64,000 nucleotides of DNA, taken from a virus. Taxonomy: Duplodnaviria > Caudoviricetes. The stretch lies in IMG/VR virus record IMGVR_UViG_3300007513_000003; one strand, written 5' to 3'. Made by a program: the position numbers and the translations under genes. The notes beneath the pieces were generated by a model, which made no database searches, had not been told where the DNA came from, and saw only the letters and a program-made list of their open reading frames with translations. Positions 1-7,918 of the stretch are shown one piece after another. Every line of letters begins with the position of its first letter. Within the stretch, counting starts at the first letter, position 1.

Positions 1-1
1 C

Positions 2-298
2 CGCGCCCAAATCATCTCTATCTAAATGCATTAAGCCTGATGTGCGCGATTTAAAACTAACAACATTACCTTCAGGATCTTTTACCCACAAGTCAATATC
101 ACTGTAATTGCCAACTTCCCAAGTCAATGTAATAATTAGTTCAGACTTAGGGTCTATTTTTTTATTCGTAGGTATAGGAGGTTGTATTAGCAAAAAAGAG
201 ATAACAAACAGAAATACGAAACCTACTAATGTATTAAAAAGTAGATCAGTAAATCCTAGTCCTGAAAATTTTGATCGCTCACGCTTTCCTGTGGTCAT
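2..298 (-). CDS. ExbD/TolR/MotB-like membrane-anchored partner of the MotA-like gene (3' end runs off the window)
   Basis: Not in the ORF track. Read by hand from ATG 298: MTTGKRERSKFSGLGFTDLLFNTLVGFVFLFVISFLLIQPP...SDIDLWVKDPEGNVV. Single TM helix with Asp (FTDLLF); overlaps the stop of the MotA-like gene. Confidence 0.65.
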   Translation of the reverse strand, partial: MTTGKRERSKFSGLGFTDLLFNTLVGFVFLFVISFLLIQPPIPTNKKIDPKSELIITLTWEVGNYSDIDLWVKDPEGNVVSFKSRTSGLMHLDRDDLGA

Positions 299-749
299 AT
301 TCTAAGTTTATCAATTGAAGTTTTGAAAGTAACGAACACGTTAAACCCACCAATGTAGTAGTTAATGCTGTACTCATACCAGCAGCCATGTCGCGAATGA
401 CTTCTTTTGCCTGTCCGATGTTTGATAAATCTAGATCGTTAAACGAGCCACCAAGCATTATAATAAATCCAGTTACTGTTCCAATTAGTCCTAGTGATAC
501 CATCGACTCGGCGAAGAACCAAGATACTTCTATAGATCTAAAGTTTAATGGTTTGCGTTTAGAAACTTTGTATGTTTGTAACCCTATATTGGCTGTTACG
601 CCTGTAAACAATGCTATAATAAAGAAACTAATTTTTGTTTGGTCTAAATACCAAAGAGTACGCCACATATCAAAATAATATAATACTGCGGCACTACATG
701 CTATTACGCAGGTCAATAACCACCACTTTAAGAAACTATTAGACTTCAT
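279..749 (-). CDS. MotA/TolQ/ExbB proton-channel family protein
   Basis: WFFAESMVSLGLIGTVTGFIIML...AGMSTALTTTLVG is the family signature. Start moved to ATG 749, 5 nt after ATAAATA (755-761). Confidence 0.85.
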   Translation of the reverse strand: MKSNSFLKWWLLTCVIACSAAVLYYFDMWRTLWYLDQTKISFFIIALFTGVTANIGLQTYKVSKRKPLNFRSIEVSWFFAESMVSLGLIGTVTGFIIMLGGSFNDLDLSNIGQAKEVIRDMAAGMSTALTTTLVGLTCSLLSKLQLINLEYDHRKA

Positions 750-792
750 TAATATATTTATGTAAAAGAATATTATTATAAATATTTGTACC

Positions 793-1860
793 ATGCACGA
801 CAAAAAGTTCTTTTGTATAGAGCCTTTCGTAAGTCTTTCTATAGTTAAAGAAGATCATATTTTTCCTTGTTGTCTTAATGAAGGGCAAAAAAGCACTCAA
901 AAAGATGACCTATGGAACGATCCTTATCTTGAAAATATACGAAAACAAATTCTAAACAACGAAGTTCCTGAAGAATGTCGCGCCTGTGTTGAACAAGAAA
1001 AGTTTGGTCGATATAGCAGACGATTACATTCTAATGATGTTTGGTTAGAACAACACGGCAATTTTGAAGATGCTCTTGAAAATGATGCTCCGTATAAGTT
1101 AGATTTTTGGACTGGAAACTTGTGTAATTTGGCTTGTAGTACTTGTACATATACAAATAGTTCATCATGGTTTACACTTCTTAAAAAAGCAGATAAAGCA
1201 GGAAAAACTGATTTACGTTATAAAGGAAACTATGTAAGTAATTTAGATTACTCTTATGAATTTAAAAAAGAAGATATTCCGAATATTGACTTTAAAAATA
1301 TGGAAAATATACACTTCAACGGCGGTGAACCCTTGCTAACAGATTCACACTTTAAAATTTTAAATTTAATTCCGCCAGAACAAAGAAAGGATGTTTATGT
1401 CATTTATAACACAAACGGTACCGTCAGAATAGATTTAGAAGATGAAAAATGGAGTATTTTCAAAGAATACAAAAGTGTCGATATGTGTTTTAGTATAGAT
1501 GGCATTGAAGAAACATTTAATTATGTTAGATGGCCTGCTAAATGGGAAGAAGTACAAAGCAACATTGATCTATGGGCTGAATATTGTTATGGAAAATATG
1601 ATGACTGCCACTTTGAAATGAGTGTAAACATGGTAAAAACTCCGCACAATTATACAACGTTTGATAATGCCGTTAAATATGTCACTGATCGTTGGTTTAC
1701 CAAACTTATTGCGATTCGAAACGCAAGCATTGATGAATATGTGTTTACTACTAATGATCATTCTTTTATGGATTGGTCAGACGCACAATTTGAAGAATAC
1801 ACAAAGACAGAAGAATTTTTCTTGCAAACAAAAAATTTAGAAACACTACGAAATCTTTGA
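793..1860 (+). CDS. Radical SAM protein with N-terminal SPASM/Twitch-like Cys cluster
   Basis: CNLACSTC (CxxxCxxC), HFNGGEPLL, N-terminal C..PCC..CRAC; TATAAATA at 777-784. Confidence 0.9.
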   Translation: MHDKKFFCIEPFVSLSIVKEDHIFPCCLNEGQKSTQKDDLWNDPYLENIRKQILNNEVPEECRACVEQEKFGRYSRRLHSNDVWLEQHGNFEDALENDAPYKLDFWTGNLCNLACSTCTYTNSSSWFTLLKKADKAGKTDLRYKGNYVSNLDYSYEFKKEDIPNIDFKNMENIHFNGGEPLLTDSHFKILNLIPPEQRKDVYVIYNTNGTVRIDLEDEKWSIFKEYKSVDMCFSIDGIEETFNYVRWPAKWEEVQSNIDLWAEYCYGKYDDCHFEMSVNMVKTPHNYTTFDNAVKYVTDRWFTKLIAIRNASIDEYVFTTNDHSFMDWSDAQFEEYTKTEEFFLQTKNLETLRNL

Positions 1861-1869
1861 TAAATATTA

Positions 1870-1898
1870 TTGACATATTAAAGCAAAGATGCTATAAT
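1870..1898 (+). promoter_or_regulatory. Consensus sigma70 promoter for hsp20
   Basis: TTGACA (1870-1875), 17 nt, TATAAT (1893-1898). Confidence 0.85.
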
Positions 1899-1937
1899 AT
1901 GTAATATAAGTGCTCAATTGGGAGGCTTATAACTTTA

Positions 1938-1955
1938 CTCGCTTAATATAAGGAG
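1938..1955 (+). promoter_or_regulatory. ROSE-like SD-sequestering hairpin (putative RNA thermometer)
   Basis: CUC-G-CUU / AAG-GAG hairpin with a bulged G. Contains the UCGCU motif opposite the AGGAG SD of a small heat-shock gene. Confidence 0.55.
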
Positions 1956-1964
1956 GAACTTAAA

Positions 1965-2399
1965 ATGACAGAGTATAGAATCACATCTGGGAATCTAATC
2001 CCAACACTTAACCGACACATGGTAGGCTTCGATCGTCTCTTTGGCGATATGGACAGATTGTTTACAAGGGGCCAAGCACCATCTTACCCACCTTACAACA
2101 TCGAAAAACTTAGCGATACAGAATATGTTATCACTATCGCTGTCGCTGGTTTTGATCAAGGTGATCTTTCAGTAACCGTTGACAACGGCGTTCTTAATGT
2201 CTCAGGACACAAAGAAGATTCAGATAAGCAAACATGGTTACACAAGGGCATCGCTACACGCGACTTCCAACGCTCTTGGAACCTTGCTGAATTTGTTAAG
2301 GTTGTCTCAGCAGAGTGTAAAAACGGTATGCTTGAAGTTCGTTTGGTTCAAGAAGTTCCTGAAACCGCTAAACCCAAGGAAATTGAGATTAAATTTTAA
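1965..2399 (+). CDS. hsp20: Small heat shock protein (Hsp20/IbpA family)
   Basis: VGFDRLF, SYPPYNIEK, IAVAGF, LHKGIATRDFQRSWNLAE, NGMLEV; SD AAGGAGG. Confidence 0.96.
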   Translation: MTEYRITSGNLIPTLNRHMVGFDRLFGDMDRLFTRGQAPSYPPYNIEKLSDTEYVITIAVAGFDQGDLSVTVDNGVLNVSGHKEDSDKQTWLHKGIATRDFQRSWNLAEFVKVVSAECKNGMLEVRLVQEVPETAKPKEIEIKF

Positions 2400-2422
2400 T
2401 CTTTTTAGGGAGGAGATGGAAG

Positions 2423-2445
2423 TGGGGGCAGTTTGCCCCCATTTT
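2423..2445 (+). terminator. Rho-independent terminator after hsp20 (between convergent genes)
   Basis: TGGGGGC-AGTTT-GCCCCCA-TTTT. Confidence 0.75.
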
Positions 2446-2470
2446 CATAGCAAATTTTGTATCTTAGTCG

Positions 2471-2782
2471 TTAGTATAATCTATTTTTACTAGGTATTCT
2501 TTCTGCTTGCTCTTTAAGATGCCGCTTGCGGGCAACGTCTCTTGCTCTTTTTCTTTTAATACTTGGCTTTTCATAATGTTCGCGGGCTTTTAGTTCTTGC
2601 AATTTGCCGTCGTTGTCTATTTTCTTCTTAAGTTTACGTATTGCCTTTTCAACATTTCCGTCATTAACCCAAACTCTGAGTCCTGTAATTTTTACTGGAG
2701 CCCGTTTATCTTTTTGTTTGAATGGCGCTCTTCTATTATTATTCCATTTTGTATTTCTATTATTCCAAGTTTGTGCCATCAT
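2471..2782 (-). CDS. rpsU: Ribosomal protein bS21 with N-terminal extension
   Basis: VWVNDGNVEKAIRKLKKKIDNDGKLQELKAREHYEKPSIKRKRARDVARKR is a bS21 core, preceded by ~33 extra N/K/R-rich residues. Confidence 0.92.
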   Translation of the reverse strand: MMAQTWNNRNTKWNNNRRAPFKQKDKRAPVKITGLRVWVNDGNVEKAIRKLKKKIDNDGKLQELKAREHYEKPSIKRKRARDVARKRHLKEQAERIPSKNRLY

Positions 2783-3168
2783 TCCTCCAAGTATTGTAGT
2801 GGCTCTATAATATTTTTTATTCTGTTTTTATTTAATAAACTATATGATTCTGCGATACTATCATCGCAAAAGTAATAGCAGTTATTTTTATTTAACATCC
2901 ATCCAAACACGTGAGCAATAATATGATTGTATCGTAAATCAATTATTATGATATCTGATTGTTGCGTAGTATTAAGCAACCAATCTATATTGTCATTCAT
3001 AACCGGATCATAGATACATAAACTAACATCTAAATCTACATGTTTTAGTGTATTTAAAATTTCTCTTTGATCTTCTAAACCACATGCCGCAATTAATATG
3101 TTTAATGCTGATCCGTAATATTTGTCAGGTGGAGTTATAAGTGTAATTGTGTTATTCGCCGAGGACAT
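2779..3168 (-). CDS. Hypothetical protein
   Basis: 129-aa ORF overlapping both neighbours in the same operon. Confidence 0.7.
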   Translation of the reverse strand: MSSANNTITLITPPDKYYGSALNILIAACGLEDQREILNTLKHVDLDVSLCIYDPVMNDNIDWLLNTTQQSDIIIIDLRYNHIIAHVFGWMLNKNNCYYFCDDSIAESYSLLNKNRIKNIIEPLQYLEE

Positions 3169-5092
3169 CTTTACGTTTTAAGGTTGTTTGTAAGTATTCT
3201 TGTTCTTCTTCTGTAAACTCTGTAACACTTACACCATTATTTACACGTGACATTAAGTCGTCGATCTGTTTTTGACTTAATTTCTTTTGTTTGTCAGACT
3301 TGTTTAATTCTTTCTTAAGTTTTTCTATTTCTTTTTCTAACTTTTTAACTTTTTTAGTATCTTCTTTATGTACCACAAATGGTTTGCCTTCTAACTGTTC
3401 CTTTTCTACTACTTTCTTTTCTACAATTTTCTCTACAATAACTTCAACAGGAACTTCTTTAATCACTTCCTTTTCAACTATTACCTCTACTGGCACTTCC
3501 TTCTCAACCAGTTTCTCAACCTCTACTATCTTTTCAACTTCAACAGGAACTTCCTTTTCTACTATCTTCTCAACCTCTACTATCTTTTCTACAACCTTCT
3601 CTACTTCAACAGGAACTTCCTTCTCAACTAGTTTCTCAACTTCTACAATTTTCTCTACAACTTTCTCTACTTCGACAGGAACTTCCTTTTCTACTATCTT
3701 CTCAACCTCTACTATTTTCTCTACGACTTTTGGCTGATCAGTCTTTTTTTTACTAGCAGGTGGTTCTGTAGGTGGTGTTGGTTTTCGTGGTTTATCTGTG
3801 CGGAATCTTATTAGTGTCATATTACCAGCAATAACTAACAATACTGCTAATGGATCAAATACAAATATAATAACAATAATAACCCATCTTACAGCATCTT
3901 CCAGTAAGTCAGTCGTAATATCATTGCCATATATTAAACCAGCAATGTACTTAATTGGGCCCACTTCTGCTTCTAATTCTCTTACTTGGCTTGCTAACAC
4001 AAAACGTTCTTCATTTAATGTGTCTATTTGTGTATAATAGTTTTCAATTTCTATCTCTAACTCTTTTACTTTGCCTTCTACTTCGTCTGCTTTAACGCCC
4101 ATTTGCTCTTGTAATGATTTAATTTCATTATTAGCGGCGGTAATTTCTGCTTGTGTTTGCTGTCTTAACTCATCAATCTTTTGCTGATGTGGTTTAACTT
4201 TATTAGTGTAGTCTGCTCTTAATGCTGTTATTTGTTTTTGAACATCATCTGATACATCAATCTCTTTTTGTCGCAGTTCATTAATTTCGTTTTCAATTTC
4301 TCTAATTTGTGCGGCAAGTTCATCTCTGCGTGGTTGCTGTTCTTTTCTTAATTCTCTACCTTTTTCAACCCAATCTGTAATATTACCCCACGCACTTTTT
4401 TCTACACCTTTGTCTGTATATGCTTTAACATCAGTGTCTAATTGTGCTATTGTTTGATTAACACGCTCGATGGCTTGTTGTTTTACTACAACATCTTCTT
4501 GAACACGAGATTGTGCTACTTTAATGCGTTCTTCTTCTACGTCAATATTGTTTTCTAACTGCTCACGTAATGACTGTATCTGTGCTTCTTCTTGTGCTAT
4601 TAAACTGCTGACTCTATTCCAAGCACCATCACGTATTTGCTCTTGCTGTTCTATTGCTCTTGCTATATTTGTATTGTGTTGTCCTGTATCATTACTTTCT
4701 AATCTAGTAATTTTTTCTTTAGTAACATTTACTCTGCCATTATAGCGAGCAATTTTTTCATCAATACGTTCTACTTGTGCTTGTGCTTGTCCTGCGCCAG
4801 TAGTTTGTTCTACGTGGGCCTTGGATAAAAAGCCAAAGATACCCATAGAGGTAATAAACATTAGCACAACAACCGCAAGAGTAAGATAATACTTTAAAAA
4901 TTTAGGTATGTTGAACCAAAACTGGTAGAGCCACGAGGCAGTTACTAACTTACCTACTTCAAGAACCGCCCCCATAATAGCAATGGGTACAGCCGCGGCG
5001 GCAAATATAGCCATTAATCCTATAATGCTATAATATGCGGCAACGGCACTGATAGACAGCGCCGTCAATAGTACAAATAATGCAAAACCCAT
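3152..5092 (-). CDS. Membrane-anchored coiled-coil protein with VEK-rich repeats
   Basis: Three N-terminal TM helices, long heptad region, a further TM helix (WVIIVIIFVFDPLAVLLVIAG), then repeated EKIVEVEK/EKEVPVEV units; ATAAATA at 5101-5107. Confidence 0.85.
   Translation of the reverse strand: MGFALFVLLTALSISAVAAYYSIIGLMAIFAAAAVPIAIMGAVLEVGKLVTASWLYQFWFNIPKFLKYYLTLAVVVLMFITSMGIFGFLSKAHVEQTTGAGQAQAQVERIDEKIARYNGRVNVTKEKITRLESNDTGQHNTNIARAIEQQEQIRDGAWNRVSSLIAQEEAQIQSLREQLENNIDVEEERIKVAQSRVQEDVVVKQQAIERVNQTIAQLDTDVKAYTDKGVEKSAWGNITDWVEKGRELRKEQQPRRDELAAQIREIENEINELRQKEIDVSDDVQKQITALRADYTNKVKPHQQKIDELRQQTQAEITAANNEIKSLQEQMGVKADEVEGKVKELEIEIENYYTQIDTLNEERFVLASQVRELEAEVGPIKYIAGLIYGNDITTDLLEDAVRWVIIVIIFVFDPLAVLLVIAGNMTLIRFRTDKPRKPTPPTEPPASKKKTDQPKVVEKIVEVEKIVEKEVPVEVEKVVEKIVEVEKLVEKEVPVEVEKVVEKIVEVEKIVEKEVPVEVEKIVEVEKLVEKEVPVEVIVEKEVIKEVPVEVIVEKIVEKKVVEKEQLEGKPFVVHKEDTKKVKKLEKEIEKLKKELNKSDKQKKLSQKQIDDLMSRVNNGVSVTEFTEEEQEYLQTTLKRKDVLGE
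3410..3730 (-). repeat. Degenerate tandem repeat coding VEK(I/V/L)VE / KEVPVEV units
   Basis: Repeated caacaggaacttcc / ctactatcttctcaac blocks; ends approximate. Confidence 0.85.
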
Positions 5093-5192
5093 TGTACTAG
5101 TATTTATTGTTATATATAAACTTTATAACCACTAATTTTGCTGTAAATATGGGTAACCACACCGAGTGTGGTTATATTATGGAGGTATTATA

Positions 5193-5408
5193 ATGATAAA
5201 GGCTCTTTTAAGCGCAGCTTTATTACTAGGTCTTTCTGGAATCGCATCTGCAGAAGGTCGTGATGTAGCTTGGGAGAATTTCCAAGGAACAGTCGGCACT
5301 CCTGGCCCTTGCGAAGTTCTAGTAAATGATAAAGGTAAACCATATGTTTGTTGGACTATCTTTCCAGGACCTGGTGCAGAAGGCTCCGGAGAAGATTACC
5401 GCAAGTAA
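5193..5408 (+). CDS. Small secreted/exported protein
   Basis: Start moved to ATG 5193 after SD GGAGG. Signal peptide MIKALLSAALLLGLSGIASA; two Cys. Perfect 9-bp leader hairpin at 5154-5174. Confidence 0.65.
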   Translation: MIKALLSAALLLGLSGIASAEGRDVAWENFQGTVGTPGPCEVLVNDKGKPYVCWTIFPGPGAEGSGEDYRK

Positions 5409-5433
5409 ACATTAATTTATTTCTATTATAGGA

Positions 5434-5486
5434 GAAGGGCGTACGGAATGGTTTTGCTATTAGCAGGATTACCGGCGCCCTTTTTC
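5434..5486. terminator. Long hairpin between convergent genes (likely bidirectional terminator)
   Basis: AAGGGCG...CGCCCTTTTT outer stem with an imperfect inner helix. Confidence 0.55.
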
Positions 5487-5492
5487 ACTCCA

Positions 5493-6326
5493 TTAATTAT
5501 TATACATTTCCATAGCACGAATAAAACGTGTCATACCAATGCCACCGCCTACTCTTGGAAAGAAGTCCATTGCTAAAAAGTCTTCCAACTCTTTTTCAAC
5601 TCTTTCTCTACCAAACGTATCAAATAGTATATTAGCATAACCGCCGTCACTAATAGTATGGAACATATGTTTCATTTGTTCTTTATCTGTAGCACGTTCT
5701 GCTGATCCAATTGTTTCTTGTCCAGCAATAATAACATCAATCTTTGCCGCAGTTTCGCCATCGTCGTTTTGTTTCATGTTCCAAAATGGACTTGTGTAGT
5801 TTGGAAAGTTTTTAATCATTGCTACACGGCCATTAAAGTTTTGGCACATTTTTTCTTCATGCTCGTGTTCTAATTCTTTAACGCCGTAAATATCACACCA
5901 TTCTAAATAATCTTTAGCAACAATGTTTTCGCCATCGGACCATGTTAAGTAGTCCATAAGTTCGCGTTCCATCTTCTCTAAATCTAAAATAGTTCCTGGA
6001 AACTCAAACTCAAACATTGGAAATATTAGTTCATGTCTACCAGCTACCGGATTTGGCTCTTGCCTATAGGAGGTGGAAATACAAAAAAACCCCGGAACGT
6101 CGGGGCGTGTTAGTAATTCATGTTCGAGCCACATTTGGCCCGTTTGTGGCAGGGGCCATAGTTGCCCTGCGTAATTATAGGTCGCTATTGTTGTTGGATC
6201 TTCGCATGCCGCTAGTATGCTTAATCTATTTTGTGTGTGTACTTCTAAGAATCCTTTAGCCATAAAAAAAGACCTTAATAGGTCTGCGGCTTGTGTAAAG
6301 TGTTGTGGATTGATAAGTTGTGTCAT
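5493..6326 (-). CDS. Class II aminoacyl-tRNA synthetase catalytic-domain paralog (AsnRS/AspRS-like, no anticodon domain)
   Basis: TGQMWLE, motif 2 SYRQEPNPVAGRHELIFPMFEFE, ETIGSAER, motif 3 GGGIGMTR; only ~277 aa. Start moved to MTQL after SD GGAG. Confidence 0.85.
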   Translation of the reverse strand: MTQLINPQHFTQAADLLRSFFMAKGFLEVHTQNRLSILAACEDPTTIATYNYAGQLWPLPQTGQMWLEHELLTRPDVPGFFCISTSYRQEPNPVAGRHELIFPMFEFEFPGTILDLEKMERELMDYLTWSDGENIVAKDYLEWCDIYGVKELEHEHEEKMCQNFNGRVAMIKNFPNYTSPFWNMKQNDDGETAAKIDVIIAGQETIGSAERATDKEQMKHMFHTISDGGYANILFDTFGRERVEKELEDFLAMDFFPRVGGGIGMTRFIRAMEMYNN

Positions 6327-6374
6327 TGTTTTCTCCATTCAAAATTTTTTTAGGCCTGTTGCCTAAACTGTTTC

Positions 6375-6388
6375 TATTTATATAAATA
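6375..6388. promoter_or_regulatory. Overlapping divergent T4-type late promoters
   Basis: TATAAATA on minus (6375-6382) and on plus (6381-6388). Confidence 0.65.
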
Positions 6389-6421
6389 GTATAAAATAGA
6401 TACTATATATGGAGTAATAAT

Positions 6422-6682
6422 ATGGCAGCAAACGGAATTTCAACACTAGGAACAAGACAAGCAAGGCAAGATGCAAAACTTAATATTGCTGAAGCCAAGC
6501 GACAAGGTAAGGTTGTGGCAACTGATGGCACAATCACTGGCGCGGCTGATCCATCTAAACCATATTATAGAACTTTAAATACATTAGACAAGAATTTACT
6601 TCCTAATCCATATAACGGAAACAATGTCGCTCCGGATGATGGAGCAAGTGCGCCTTTAACTTCTGGTAGGCCCTGGACTTAA
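6422..6682 (+). CDS. Small late (probable virion) protein
   Basis: SD GGAG and late promoter upstream; MAANGISTL...GRPWT. Confidence 0.75.
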   Translation: MAANGISTLGTRQARQDAKLNIAEAKRQGKVVATDGTITGAADPSKPYYRTLNTLDKNLLPNPYNGNNVAPDDGASAPLTSGRPWT

Positions 6683-7275
6683 TACTTGTCTCGGAAGTCT
6701 GAAGGATTATTTTTATCATAGTCATATGCGCGACTATGCTTTTCTAATTTACCAACAGTTTTACTAGCATAATCCTTGGCAATGCCAAGTTCTTTAACTC
6801 TATCTGCCACTGCTCTAGCAACGGCTACTTGGTCCGCTGTTGGTGGATTTGCTTTGGAGGATGATAAGAAGCCTGACAGTAGATTAGCAACATCATCATC
6901 AAATTGCCCTACTACGTCTCTTAAAATATGAAGTAATAACGCAGTAGCGCCGGCTTCTTTTGAAATTAATGCAGGACTTTTGCCTGGTTTTAGGTTTGTT
7001 GTTTTAATTCGACTAATCATATCACTAACATCACGGCCTGCTTTGGTCTGTTGTGTTTCATAATCAGGAATAGACATACCAGTTTGTTTAATAAATTTAT
7101 CATTTACTTCAGTGGCTTGGTTGTTTAACTCTTCGGCGTCTGCTACCTTGCCTTTTTCTTCAAGTTCGCCAGCTTTATCAATTAATTTATTAAATAATTT
7201 AACTTGTCGCTTAAGAATTGCCTGTTTTGCTTTTTCGGCTGCTTTGCTTTCTTGTAGTATGTCTGTAATTTTCAT
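6679..7275 (-). CDS. Putative internal head protein
   Basis: Leader MKITDILQES. Confidence 0.6.
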   Translation of the reverse strand: MKITDILQESKAAEKAKQAILKRQVKLFNKLIDKAGELEEKGKVADAEELNNQATEVNDKFIKQTGMSIPDYETQQTKAGRDVSDMISRIKTTNLKPGKSPALISKEAGATALLLHILRDVVGQFDDDVANLLSGFLSSSKANPPTADQVAVARAVADRVKELGIAKDYASKTVGKLEKHSRAYDYDKNNPSDFRDKY

Positions 7276-7276
7276 T

Positions 7277-7906
7277 TTACTTTCTAGCGTTTAACATCTC
7301 ATCACTCATATCACCTATTGTACCACTAGGCTTTTTCGTTTTCTTTGCAACAGATTTTGGTTGTCTTTGGTTAAACTTATCTTGGGCAGCTTTGCTTGTT
7401 GCAGTACCTGCTACGCTTGAAGTTGAAGCACGTGGTAGTACGCTTCTTGCTCTTTTTGGTGTGCTTGTTGCAGTACCTGCTACGCTTGAAGTTGAAGCAC
7501 GTGGTAGTACGCTTCTTGCTCTTTTTGGTGTGCTTGTTTTTGCTTTTGCACTACCAAATTCGCCGGCGGCGTCAGCAGTTTGTCCTGCTTTAACATTTTT
7601 GTTAACTATAGCTGATTTCTTTGCTTTTGCTACTGGTGTACCAGCAAACTCACCTGCATCCATTGGTGTTGGTGTTTTATCAGCGCCCGTTCCGCCAAAT
7701 GCGTCTAAGCCAACATTTCTTTCTCTTTGGGCGGCAACATTTGTATCTCTTGCTAGTGAGCCTGCGGCAATTTTACCAATTGTGCCTCCTACTTTTTCAT
7801 CTTGTCCTTTATTTAATTCTGCTTTATTTTTCTGAACATATTGCTTCACTTTAGCAGTTGCGTCTGATGTGTTTTTTTTGCCAAATACGAATTCATCAAT
7901 TCTCAT
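7277..7906 (-). CDS. Putative internal head protein, basic low-complexity
   Basis: Leader MRIDEF; internal 23-aa duplication. Confidence 0.6.
   Translation of the reverse strand: MRIDEFVFGKKNTSDATAKVKQYVQKNKAELNKGQDEKVGGTIGKIAAGSLARDTNVAAQRERNVGLDAFGGTGADKTPTPMDAGEFAGTPVAKAKKSAIVNKNVKAGQTADAAGEFGSAKAKTSTPKRARSVLPRASTSSVAGTATSTPKRARSVLPRASTSSVAGTATSKAAQDKFNQRQPKSVAKKTKKPSGTIGDMSDEMLNARK
7393..7538. repeat. Perfect 69-bp tandem repeat (2 copies plus 8 bp)
   Basis: Unit starts at 7393, 7462 and 7531; codes TSTPKRARSVLPRASTSSVAGTA twice. Confidence 0.95.
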
Positions 7907-7918
7907 AATAATTATTCC

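Noticed and set aside
108-678. Plus-strand ORFs 108..305 and 388..678
   Set aside because: They are antisense to the MotA-like pair, which has recognisable motifs. The same reasoning applies to the many other short antisense ORFs in the track.
3291-3737. Ser/Thr-rich plus-strand ORF resembling a mucin-like protein
   Set aside because: It is the antisense shadow of the VEK repeat (GAA/GTA codons read backwards) and has no RBS or promoter.
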